In this document: piece after piece, positions 53,109 to 64,000 of the stretch
Layout: every line of letters begins with the position of its first letter
Numbering within the stretch: position 1 is the first letter of the stretch
The notes under the pieces: model-generated
Told to the model about the DNA's origin: nothing
Database searches by the model: none
Seen by the model: only the letters and a program-made list of their open reading frames with translations
Program-made: the position numbers and the translations under genes
Assembly (NCBI GenBank): GCA_030704615.1
Contig: CM060732.1
Location: 71,858,001 to 71,922,000, forward strand
Source of the DNA: Takakia lepidozioides
Lineage: Eukaryota > Plantae > Bryophyta
Reading direction: 5' to 3'
DNA length: 64,000 nucleotides

Positions 53109-54477
53109 CCCCTAAACGTCCAAGTGACATCTGGGCTTGAGGGCCCATAAGTTGGCTATCACCTCCCATTTACAGATCCCGTAGATCTCCTCAGGGCACT
53201 GAGTAGGATTGTTTTTAAAGTACGAGGGGACGGCTGGAGACCTCCCGCCCCTCTAGTAGGCCTCCTGTATGCCCGGGTAAGTCACTCCCTATCACTTGTA
53301 TAGGGCACGTGAGATAAATGGGTATTTTGTAGGGTGTATTACTTTCACTTTGGGTATTTAGTACCCTATAATTACATAATTTTGTAATATGGTGAATTTT
53401 TGGCATGCTATTTTAATTATAATTTTTTGTTTCAAACAAATATTAGTCACCTATATTAATAATACAATAAAAGTTTTTTTTTACAAGACAAATAATTTTT
53501 GTATTTGGTTGAAATAAATTCATTTAAAGCATTCGCATCATCAGCATTCAAAGTATAAACATTTTGCGCTTTATCGAAAGTCATAGTGACTCAACTAATA
53601 ATTGAGTCTATATCTACTCATTTGTTGTCAATATTATCATATTTGAATTCAAATTGTCCTATAGATTTTGAGACGTAGTTTAATAACACCATAACTGGTG
53701 TGGTTGGTCTATTTAGGAGATCAATAGCTGTCGCGATATCCCCTACCTTCCTTCGAATCCTACCTAGACCATTTTACCAGTAAACTACATACAAATATCT
53801 ATATCCTTCCCCTAAGAACATGTATATATTTTTGGAATTTTTCATAGGTATTATCTCAACCCTATAATAATTTTAATTTGTTTAAAAAATGAATCATTAT
53901 TTTAGATCCTATATTAATTTAAATTCCCATATCACAATATAATATCACAATATAATATACCTTTTATTACTTTTAAACGTTTTCTAATATTTATCTTTTC
54001 TGAATAAATTGCACCCTATATTTTTTTGCACGTTGGTTGGAAATTTTTGGAAGTGACTTCCCCATGCCCGGGAGGTCCTATTTACTTCACACATTTGGTG
54101 TACTTTGACCAAGTGTCAGAAGCACATTGCTTGGGCAAATCGCCTGCTTTTCATCTTGCTGGATGAAGGATCTGAAGGGGGACAACTTGGGAGAAGATTC
54201 AGCTAAAACTGATGTCATCCCGGAAGGCAAATTCCCAATATAGTGACAACTTGTTTTTTCTAACTGGGGGCCCAAAAAATGGGCCCCACATTCAACTGTG
54301 GCAATTTTGCAGATCTGGGGCGATTGCATCCAAATTTTGCACATGTCTTGATGCGGTAGCTGAGCACATAATGTGCGATCAAAACTTTAAATTTCTCATT
54401 TTCCACCGAGTGCTTGCGATTTTTCACCGCAGGGGTGGATTAGTTTGGAAAAGTCAACGACCCTGGACGTTTAGGGG
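53109..54477. mobile_element. Non-autonomous piggyBac-like element
   Basis: Perfect 14-bp TIR CCCCTAAACGTCCA / TGGACGTTTAGGGG with TTAA on both sides (53105-53108 and 54478-54481). The interior is AT-rich and non-coding. Confidence 0.75.
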
Positions 54478-55519
54478 TTAATTATCATTTATTATGTCAT
54501 GGGCCCGCGTAGCAGGGGTGAATGGAAGGTGTCCATGGAACCACCCCCTCTCATTTTTAAGGGGCGATTCCCTCCTAGGGGCGCTTGCTTGGGGGCTGGG
54601 GGCCATTTGGGAGTGCCCATGGAACCCGGCTCTTAGAATGTAACACATAATACAATATGTATGTGTGTCCTCAATGGAAAATCCAGCTCCAATTTGTTAC
54701 TGATCCTTGGTCAATGCATCGTAACCATTCCCACAAGAACACTGTCCAGGTTTACATCCGCCTCCAGGTTTATGTAGGTTTCAAACGTAATCTAATCACC
54801 AGGTTCCATGGCCTTTTCTTATTGCATAACCAGATCTCAAACCACCATAGAAAGATGCCAGCACACATAGTTCTATCCCAATCTCATTCTAATCTCATCC
54901 TAAACTAGATGTTGTCATAAGACAACTCAGTATTAAATGCCTAAACAGATCCAGCTCATCTTCATCCTTGATACATCTAACTAAATTCGTCCCTAAGTCT
55001 AACAACCAGGAAGGTGGAATCCCACCTTCACAACGGCGTCGCGCAACAAATATACATATGACCAAATAAATAAATATAGACGCCTCCCAAGGGAGCGTAC
55101 ATATGATCAATCTAAGTTCAATAAAAATTGCATTAAGAGTGTATGACTGTATACTATTCTACATGTGCAGATATTGGGACCGGAGAAAAGTAAATTTGTC
55201 GTTTACACTAGGCCTAAGTCACTGTGTCATGTGAACAGTGATGTATACAAAGGTTTTCTGTGATGGAGGGAGAGAGCGTTTTACAGATCATGATATGACC
55301 CCCACTGCATGATGGCAGCTACGTGCAGAAATTTATATCTGCTGCAAGCTTGTCCGCGACTAAATCCCGATCTGTCCCCTGGAAATGACCAGGGCCAGGG
55401 GCATCCCCGTAAAGAGAGAGGGCCTGGAGAGCATTCACTAACTACATCGATGGCCCCGGGATTTTAAAGAGAGGCATCATAGTTCAGTAAATTTATACCT
55501 GGATCATTGGACCCAGTCT

Positions 55520-56047
55520 CTAATAAGGTCTTTGCCCAACCCAATTCCCAGGTGGATCGTAGTTGCAAGTCATGAAAATGTTGCCATCGTTGCACACTTG
55601 TCTAGCACAGCCCACCCTGGTGGTGCTGCGCCACACAATCTGAGTGTAATGCCCACAGGCGTCGGAATAATAGCATGAATTGCTATAGTAGTTGTACCAT
55701 TGCCTTTCATTCACCCACTCAGCAACTGCTTCCGAGGGTTGCCAACTCTTGCCTGACCCCCAAAATATGTTCTCTCCATAGGGCCCTCCCGAGTGATGCA
55801 AACGGCAGTCCCCGTACTCAAGCCTCTCAACTGCCCAGTCATGCGCATAATTAGCCAATTTGTTGTCCCACTGAAGAGGAGCAATGCCAAGCTGAGCTCG
55901 GGCTTCATTCTGGGGACTCAGAAACCCGTCGATCTCGCCTTGGGAGAAATACGCATCCGCTTCCTCCCATACCTCGCTCGCTACAAGGATGGCCATTACC
56001 TGCAAGAGGACCAACGTCTGCGCACGGCCTCTCGTGAAGGAAGCCAT
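55520..56047 (-). CDS. PR1: Pathogenesis-related protein 1 (CAP superfamily), secreted, intronless
   Basis: Signal-peptide-like N-terminus, LSPQNEARAQLGIAPLQWD, HSGGPYGENIFWG, CGHYTQIVW, VGCA and CNYDPPGNWVGQRPY. ATG at 56047. Confidence 0.96.
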   Translation of the reverse strand: MASFTRGRAQTLVLLQVMAILVASEVWEEADAYFSQGEIDGFLSPQNEARAQLGIAPLQWDNKLANYAHDWAVERLEYGDCRLHHSGGPYGENIFWGSGKSWQPSEAVAEWVNERQWYNYYSNSCYYSDACGHYTQIVWRSTTRVGCARQVCNDGNIFMTCNYDPPGNWVGQRPY

Positions 56048-56225
56048 AGCTTCAAACAATCAACCACAAAGAACCTCTGTTCTCTTCAATCTCTCTATTC
56101 TTCCATCTTCTCTTTCGTATCTAGACGTGCTCTGCGTATGGATTAACCTGCAGCTGCTTCAAACACACTTCCTACCTGATCTCTGTCGCACTTCTAAATG
56201 TGTGGCCACCACCGGCTGCTTCTTT

Positions 56226-56271
56226 CCCTCCCTCTCCCTCCCTCCCTCCCTCCTTCCCTCCCTCCCTCCCT
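56226..56271. repeat. (CCCT)n repeat in the PR-1 5' region
   Basis: Seen directly. Confidence 0.85.
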
Positions 56272-57637
56272 GAGGATATATGCATCGACTATCAAGCTCC
56301 TTCAAGGTACATAGTCTCAACCTCCAGATTATTCCGGACACACCAGCAGACACAATCACAGCTGCTTTCATAGCGGCAGTCAGTAGCGTCAGGGAGTGAG
56401 CCATTTCCCAACGGCGCGGCGCACGGTTGGAGCTGCCGGAATCACGCATGGAACCGCGCGGCGGCTTTCGAGCGTGCGAATCCTGCGCGGGTGCGTCCAG
56501 AACGGGTGCTGATTCGCACGCACCCGTTTTGTCGTGTTTGGACTACCCCACATTCATCCCATATTCGTCCCACATCCGTCCAAAATCGAGTACAGCAGTG
56601 GAGAGCCATGGCTAACGAACAGTGTGTTGTGTATTTGTACAATATATCACTAGTCATTCACGTTCACAGTCATCTCTATCACGCGTCTCCCAAGGAGTTA
56701 AGTATACGAGTCTGAGAGAAAGAGACAGTCTGATGGTGCCAGTCCTGCAGCTCTGCAGAGTGCTTGTCCCAAGGAAATGCTGTGCATGCCCAACAACTCT
56801 GACGTCCATGGTTCATCAGTTAAATACTGGACGCTCAACATCCCCACCAGCAGTCTTTAATGAGAGGCTTCAACAATCTCACCTAAAATGCGTGTATTGC
56901 AGCTATGAAGACTACCTACCTGTTCATTCAGCCAGGGTTCAGCTGTGCAGTGGCTCTCTCTTCTGTGTGTGTGAATCATTGTCTCACTCTCTCTCTCTCA
57001 TCAAGACCTGAGCACCGTCTAATCATAAAGTCCATCCATGCGAATCCTGTATCTCATATGAATGATGCTTCTTCTATTCTCTGAATCCTTGGCTATGATT
57101 ACAACTCATCCATCCATCTTCTGGCCTCAGCCTTTACTTATTAAACTGCCCGTGCATCTTCCTATCCATTTCATTCTTGACCTCCTCCGATTCTGAATGC
57201 CCACGCAAGTGACGACGTCAGTGGACATATGACCTGATCTGTTGACATATGACATATTTCAGCCTCATAAGAAGTGATGCTGAAGGCTTGCTTACATATA
57301 TGAGCACAATCTCCAAAGGGAATGGATGGCACAATCTCGCAGCTGACAAAGCGTCGTCATTGTCAAACACTCAGTAGTACCGAGCCTTTCTTTTGCACAA
57401 GATGATCACTACTGACCCTCAAACAAAAGCTACCTCCTCCCCGAAGCTCGCAGAACCTGGTAGTTCTGGAATTCTAATGATGACCGCGTTTAGGTGGTTG
57501 TACAAGAAGAGCATCATGCCAACCTGCATGATGCTCATGGAAGGTGGGCATGATCTGCTGTGCCTGACTTCCTTGTTACAACTAGCTCAATGTATACAAG
57601 CAAATAAAGCACAAGGCACGGGTTAGTTCAGTGCTTA

Positions 57638-60600
57638 CTGACGAGCCTGAGATTTGTGAATCAAGGCGGTCTCGTGGCTGTGGAAGGGCTTCTCCAGCGG
57701 AAGGTCGAGAAGGTTCCCTTTGTCAGGTACCAACTCTTGGGAGGCCAGAAGGAAAATGTTCTCGATATCAGGGTCTGCAAATTCCCGTAATGGGGAGCCC
57801 CACCCGCATGGTGCTTTGGATGTCACTACCAAGTTTGTCTCGCTCAGGTCTGTGGGGCCTTGAACAAGAATGTCCTTGATGACGTTCTCGGCAAACTCCG
57901 CTGCCATGGAGGCAGTCCGTGCTGACAGCTCTGCAAAGTACGCACTGGGAACATGTATGGACGCGTCTTTGTGCAACAAGGTCGTCTTGGTGATCAGTGT
58001 AGGAAATGCAGGCTTCGCAAACGGGTCGGCTGCTATTTCCACCGTATCTGTATCAAATTACCTGAGGCAAAGTTCAGAGCGATTCTCTTGATTTACCACA
58101 TTATAGCCATACATGAGGGAACGGGTCAATCTCCGATGAAGGGTCATTCAGTGGCTAGTCCAACTACTGTAGGATGTTTCTAGCGATGGTAATTGTACTC
58201 TGCTTTCTCATCATCCCTCTTTCTCCCCTCGTTCTGGCTGTGTCAAAGTGGACATGACCGCAAGAATATAAATGCAGGATCTCATGATTTGATTTTTGAT
58301 GCAGGGAGGCCCGCCCATCGATTACACCCACCAAGGTTGATGGCACGTGATCTGAACGTAGGAATGCAAATTACGATTAGAGTGATGAGCACGGGAGTAA
58401 GAACTCTCACAGGAGGAGGGAGGAGAAACGAGGGGGGGCAGCTTCTTGCGTGTCTCTAATAAGAGCAATGGCTCTGGATCTCCAGTGTCTGATCGCAAAG
58501 GTTGTTCATTCCTCTTGCATTTTTCACCTGCTTCCACCATAGCTCTGTCTCCTTCTTCCTGCTACCATCAAGCCCAAAATCTCCCTCTTGTAGTCTTTGC
58601 ACAGTACACCTTTCATAGTCTTTGTGATTGTCCTTTGGTGGCTCTTGGAAACACAACATTATCATAGCCACCCTTTCTTCACAATTCTTGCTAACACGGG
58701 AACCCCATTTATGCAACATTTGTGGTTCGTAATTCTAGGTTCACTCCCCAATGAAGCCTGAGCGTCAGCTGCAGGACCCCTCCCATGGTAGTTATGGCAG
58801 GTCAGTAGTTGAGAAGGTTACACACATTTTGTGGCATTGAATTCTTGCTGTCTGGCCTCAAATGCAGTGTACAAATGTATGTTTAGTGCCTACTCCCTTG
58901 CAGTCCAGCTCAGGATCCCACAACCCCGCTCAGAAAAAAAACGAAAACCATCCCTCTTAGGGATTTGCTTTTGCTGTTGAATTACGCATGGCCTCTGGTG
59001 CAGTCAATTATAATTGTATGATAACATGGCTGCATACAATGCTCTCGCTTACATAAAAGGGTTGTATCGCCAAGGGCGATTGGTCATGCCCTGCCAGTAT
59101 GTTGAGCTCGCCCCTGACCAGTTGTATTCTGTCCTTAATCCAGGCTCTCTTGGGCAACCACTCCTCTTTTTGCATCCCTTAGTTGGCAATGCATTGGGGA
59201 GACACTAAAGTTTATATCCACCATGGCCTTGGCAGGAGGTTTTGCTACATGGTATAATCTGTTTTGCTAGCTTGGCATATTTGACTTCAATCTCTGGGCG
59301 TGCTAACCAGAGGCAGTGGGCAGCGCCAAGTTGCCTGTGCATTTTTCTTCTGTAACAATGTACTCATAAGACTTTGTTTGCCGTAGTCTTATGGGCATAG
59401 ACTGCCCAATTTGGGAGGAACAAGAGGGAACAGACACTACCTTTGTGAGGGGCTCACTCCGGTAGTGGGCCTTACCTTGATATGAATAATTAGTTCAGGC
59501 TTTCCAGATATCCTTTAGAACAATCTGTAGTGTGTGAGCTGCCCAGCAATTAGACCTCAACAGGGCCAGGGCTTCAGGCTCAGCCTTGAGGCTTACAAAG
59601 TTGGTGAACAGACGATCAGGAGCAGTGTTCTTCTTGGACCTGAAGAGGGTGACTCTCTCATGAGAATACCCTGGACACTATCAGAAAATGGATATTGTCT
59701 TCAGGCTGCCCGTACATTGGGGAATTACTCCCTTCCTTTCCTCTCGGCATCTGTTTATTTTTCGAAGGTAGACTCCCGACCCTGACTTTAAATTAGAGTC
59801 TAGTACCAGGTAAAAGAAAAATTCACAGTCCCAGTGGATTTATGAAAGCATGGATCTTATTCTGGTGAGAAGGGCAGCTTACCTCAAGGTCTATGAGCTC
59901 TGCCTGACCTGACCCAAGCACTCCTGAAATCTCCAGCACTACCTGGCCAGGTTCTGGTGTGGGTTCAGCCTGCAACAGAGGGTGCACATTAATTAGATGA
60001 AACGAGTCTCCCTGCTACAGTCCACTGTTAGATTACAGCTGAACGTAGGGCATGAACTGAGTAGATATCAACCAGGATTGCTTTGATTCAGGGGTCCTAA
60101 AAGACTTGAGGCCCCTTAAATCATTTGGTAAGGATGAACTAAGCTTGGTGGTGTGTGCTGTGCACTGACATGAAGATAAGAGTTGATGGGATACGACACC
60201 CTTTTTTGAAGTAGTTGGTGCTTGCAAAAACTGCCCAACACATGTTTACAGGGGTTTCAATTCCACTTTCGTAAGGTGAAATTAACCCTGGTTCCCACAT
60301 TTTGTGTGGTTCCACTTCTAATTTGAACATTCTGAACCACCCAATTGCAACTGGTTGCTAAGTCTACATCATTCACTACTTCACCAATCCTTTTCCCAGA
60401 CAGCTTCATGACTGTTTTCACACGACAAGATGACTCAATGTCTGGTGCAAAGAGATGCATACCGCCACCGCAGCCATGTTGCTCTGTTGTTTGGCAATCT
60501 CGTTGGTGCTTACAACTGGATCCATACTGGTGGACATGGAAATAACCTCTACAGCAGAGGAATGATCACAGGTTCCGTGCCAGGGTTGAATGGGTGATAT

Positions 60601-60966
60601 TAAAACAACTTCCCCGAGGTCTTCATTATCTGAAGGAGCTGGCGAGCTCCCAGTGGTGAGCCGTGCGAGTGCAGCAGCACCTGGACTGCAAGCTTCTTCA
60701 ACCTTTGGTTTCAAAGACTTGAGGATGATGATGATCGGGTCCTCGGAAGGCGACTTTGTGAGGTCTCTGGTCTGTGAAGGTGCCAAGTCGGAGATTATGA
60801 CAGAGGGGGGTGTTGGAGGCTTCACGATAGGTGAAGGGCCCTGCACTGGCACATCCTGGACAGTTTTCACGACCTGACATGGAAGGGGGGTGGTCCTCCC
60901 ATGTGACCGAACAAGATGCACAGGGCCGGGCTCTGCAATGTCGTCTTTAGAGACCCCACAGCCCAT
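57638..60966 (-). CDS. Probable multi-exon gene of unknown function starting MGCGVSK (exon structure incomplete)
   Basis: ATG ORF 60966-60418 is Pro/Ser-rich with an N-myristoylation/S-acylation-type start. Stop-free candidate exons bounded by AG and GT occur at ~59969-59883 and ~58047-57638. Confidence 0.45.
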
Positions 60967-62325
60967 GATTGCTCTGAATCTGTCAATCTTGGCGGATTGA
61001 ACTGCAAATTGGTTGGTGAATTGATGTAAACAAGTAGAAGGGTGCCGAAAGGAATTCAGCTGTATGGCAAGAACTGTTCAAATGCATATATAACCAGTGG
61101 TCAGGAAGAATGTGGTGCATGGCACCCAGTTTGAGCTCAATACTAACTCTTACAAGCTCAACAACAAAGAATCCGCCCCAATTCAAGCTTTTCCCAACTC
61201 ATGACTTGGGAAATAGAGAAAAAGAGATTGACTCTAGAAACATAGAAACTTCCAGTAATAAGTAGCTGAAGGGGGCCGAGACCGGAGAAGTGGGTCTATT
61301 ACTGTTTTGTAACTTATGAGTTTGAAAACCCGCAAAAATATCACTACCCTTCACTGGCATCATAAAACGCACACGAGGTTTAAGTGCCCGAGGCCTAACC
61401 TTCTTCATTGCAGGGAGGAAAAGCATGCTATCAATACTAAGTTGGAATTAACAAGGGAGACACAAATTGCGGTAAAATCATGGAGCTTGAGAGGAACAGT
61501 CCACCCTTTGCAGGGAACTTGGGAGGCAATTGGGTGCAGGTTGCATTTGCAGGAATCGAGCGTTGCAAGTAAGGATCCTACCATATTCAGAACATCCAGT
61601 CTACCCTCGACAGAACGCTTGAGAAGGGGTGCAGCAGGAATTGGGGGGTCATGAGAGAGAGACGAGACAATATAGAAGACCCCGCGCGGATCCAAAAGAA
61701 ACCGCCAGCCACTTGGAATGCACCTGACAATAATAGCCCTGTTCACACATATATAATAGTGCTCTCTGAACTGCATGGCTTGATACAGGTCAAGCTGTAG
61801 GAATCCATGGAATTTTGTATTTGGTAATCTCTGATTATGTACAGGATCATGTGTACGTATTCTATGAAAAGCCAATGAATCGACTGTTCACAGAGATCTA
61901 GTGACAGATGTGGGTACCACTCAGTAAGATTCAGATCATATCAATGGGCAGAGGCGGATCGATGCATGCACAACCGCTGTCCTTGTAAGTCACATCGGAT
62001 TCGTAGAGACATATGCCTATGTACGAAAGATTCAAACTTGGGTGTAACCGTCAAGTACAAAACAGAAGGGAAAGGGAGAGATCAGAGAGAAGGGGAGCGC
62101 CGTGATTTCTCTATGTACAGTGGTGATTAGCAGGCCATGGACGTCCTTGCTTGAAGGTCAACACTGGGTTTTGAACAGAGTGAAGTAGATAATGGGGAAC
62201 AGCCAAGTTTCTGTTTGTGAAGGGATCCTAAAGCTCAACGCTGAAAGGAATCTGTGTATCTCCGATCTCACAGGACTCTTAGCTTTAGTGAGCAGCACTT
62301 GCGCTGCCAGAGGCCCGCTCGGCAA

Positions 62326-62667
62326 ATGAGGGTTGCTCAAATGAATGCAACTTACCTTTTGGCTGTTGTTACTTGCTTTTTATATATGCTAGTGTGGATC
62401 TTAATGTACACACCAATTGCTGAGATGGTTGCAGGACGATTTCCATCTGCGGCTTTTACCACAGCAGAAGACAATACCTCCAGCATCAAAACTGTCAATA
62501 CAAGTTCAACATCTTCATTGATCAGGTCACCACGTCTCGGACATGAGGTCTCACGGCCAAGCATGACGGTCAAAGTGGATGACATCGCACTGTCGATTGC
62601 TCCAGATTCTGAACCAACCCTTAGGAAGTTGGAAGGAAGTTGGCCTTTTATATGTAGATCTGCATAG
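62326..62667 (+). CDS. Possible small secreted or membrane-anchored protein
   Basis: A hydrophobic N-terminus (YLLAVVTCFLYMLVWILM) is followed by a Ser/Thr-rich region. No family was recognised. Confidence 0.3.
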   Translation: MRVAQMNATYLLAVVTCFLYMLVWILMYTPIAEMVAGRFPSAAFTTAEDNTSSIKTVNTSSTSSLIRSPRLGHEVSRPSMTVKVDDIALSIAPDSEPTLRKLEGSWPFICRSA

Positions 62668-64000
62668 CTTGACAGACCTGTACTGTGGTAGCAGATACTG
62701 ATATGCTTCCATGATTCACATTTAAATAGTACAACATTATTCTCTCAGCGTGTCATCCAAGCTCGAGACGTAATGGACGTTTAAGATCATAGCCCCCACA
62801 TTGAAGGTATTCAATGTTTCGGGTCAAAGTCCAGAGAGCCAATGTAGTAGTTACTAGATATTACCTCCTACTTCCTCCTGGTCTGCGTTTCGCAGACACG
62901 TAACTCTGTGCGTCAGTTAAGCTGGATCCCAACAAGTAGCTGCTAGCCTGGTGCACAACTTCTTTTGGCTCTTCGGTTGACTCTCGAGTCTTATATATGA
63001 TGATCCTAATAAGTTGTTGCGAGATAGGATTGAATTGACCTGCACTTTCATTGAATGGGTCGTGGACTCCTGAATACCAATCGATCTATCTCTTCGTTCC
63101 CCTCTCAGTGCAAAACTGGACGTTCTTGTACTATGACCCCACTATACAGAACGAATCTCGTAATCATTCCGTAGAGTACGTACAATTCTACATGATCTGG
63201 GGTTCTTAAACTCATGTTCTTGCTGAAATTCAACAGTCTCGAGATGCGATGTTGGGCGCATTCTCGAGAGACTTTAATGACCTCCCTACACTTTTCACAA
63301 ATCGTGCCCTACAAGGTGCTGAGGGAGCTGGCCAACCCCAACCATGTAGAAGTCCTAGGTGTCTTGCTCAACTGTGTCAATGATACGCAGTCCTACAGAC
63401 CCTGCGCTTCACCTTATTAACTTGAGCCTGCCAGGGCAGTCCTGATATGCTTCCATGACCTTAAGTCCCTCCTAAAGGCTAGTCGCGTTTCATTTTTAGA
63501 GTCACGCGAAGTTTTCTCCCTCACTTTGGGGCACTCGAACATCAGAGTTCATAGTTTCCGAAGCTTTTAACAATAATGGATTGATTAAAAGAGATTTTGT
63601 TCTTGAATCATTGCCCTAGTCAGTCTGAACGTCTGAACGTCTGTAATGTGTACCAAGGCATCATACGATCTCCAGGTATCCGTGATTAAAATCCTGTGAC
63701 AGAGGAAAACCAGAATTGGAGATGTGAAGTAAAGCTATGTAGAGATCTAACCTGTACATCTACTGCTGAAAATTCCAGAGGAGCAGTGCTGCATCGTCTA
63801 ATCTGCCACAACTAACAACTCCATCACAAAGCCCCCTGATGCCAGGGAGCCAAAAAAGATGAAGGAAAAACTGTCAGACCCTACACACAACACACACAGA
63901 CACAATTGTCGGGCCACCAGGTCTGAGAAATCCGGCATGACCAAATGGATACCACCAGGCCTGAAAAAATGCATCCAGAAAAAGAGCCTAGCTCCCGAAT

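Noticed and set aside
63836-63856. Partial resemblance to a miR160 target (gccagggagcca)
   Set aside because: Too many mismatches, including the region pairing with the miRNA 5' end, and no ARF context.

Overview
Eukaryotic nuclear DNA from a land plant, most likely seed-free (spliceosomal introns, bryophyte/fern-style PLS-PPR motifs). The right part (40-64 kb) is ordinary gene space. It holds an intact 4-exon TBL O-acetyltransferase gene, a 6-exon 26S proteasome RPT2 gene, an intronless PR-1/CAP gene, a probable unknown MGCxxS gene, and two small DNA transposons, one with piggyBac-type TTAA/CCC ends. The left ~39 kb is rearranged. A ~10 kb block (1141-11506) is duplicated at 31049-39046 and is a mosaic of intron-retaining fragments of Argonaute, DNA primase small subunit, PPR and COQ5 genes. 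An inverted copy of the PPR part starts at 12647, and a non-autonomous CACTA element (20886-29400) carries an FCP1/NIF phosphatase remnant and a nested hAT element. The most notable signal is that the PLS-PPR pseudogenes begin with an OSB-type PDF ssDNA-binding motif, and the + strand copy also keeps E+/DYW remnants, suggesting a PDF-PLS-E-DYW fusion family. A spliced, truncated gene resembling beta-class N4C/N6A DNA methyltransferases lies at 228-1150. All homology calls come from manual motif recognition, not from database searches.
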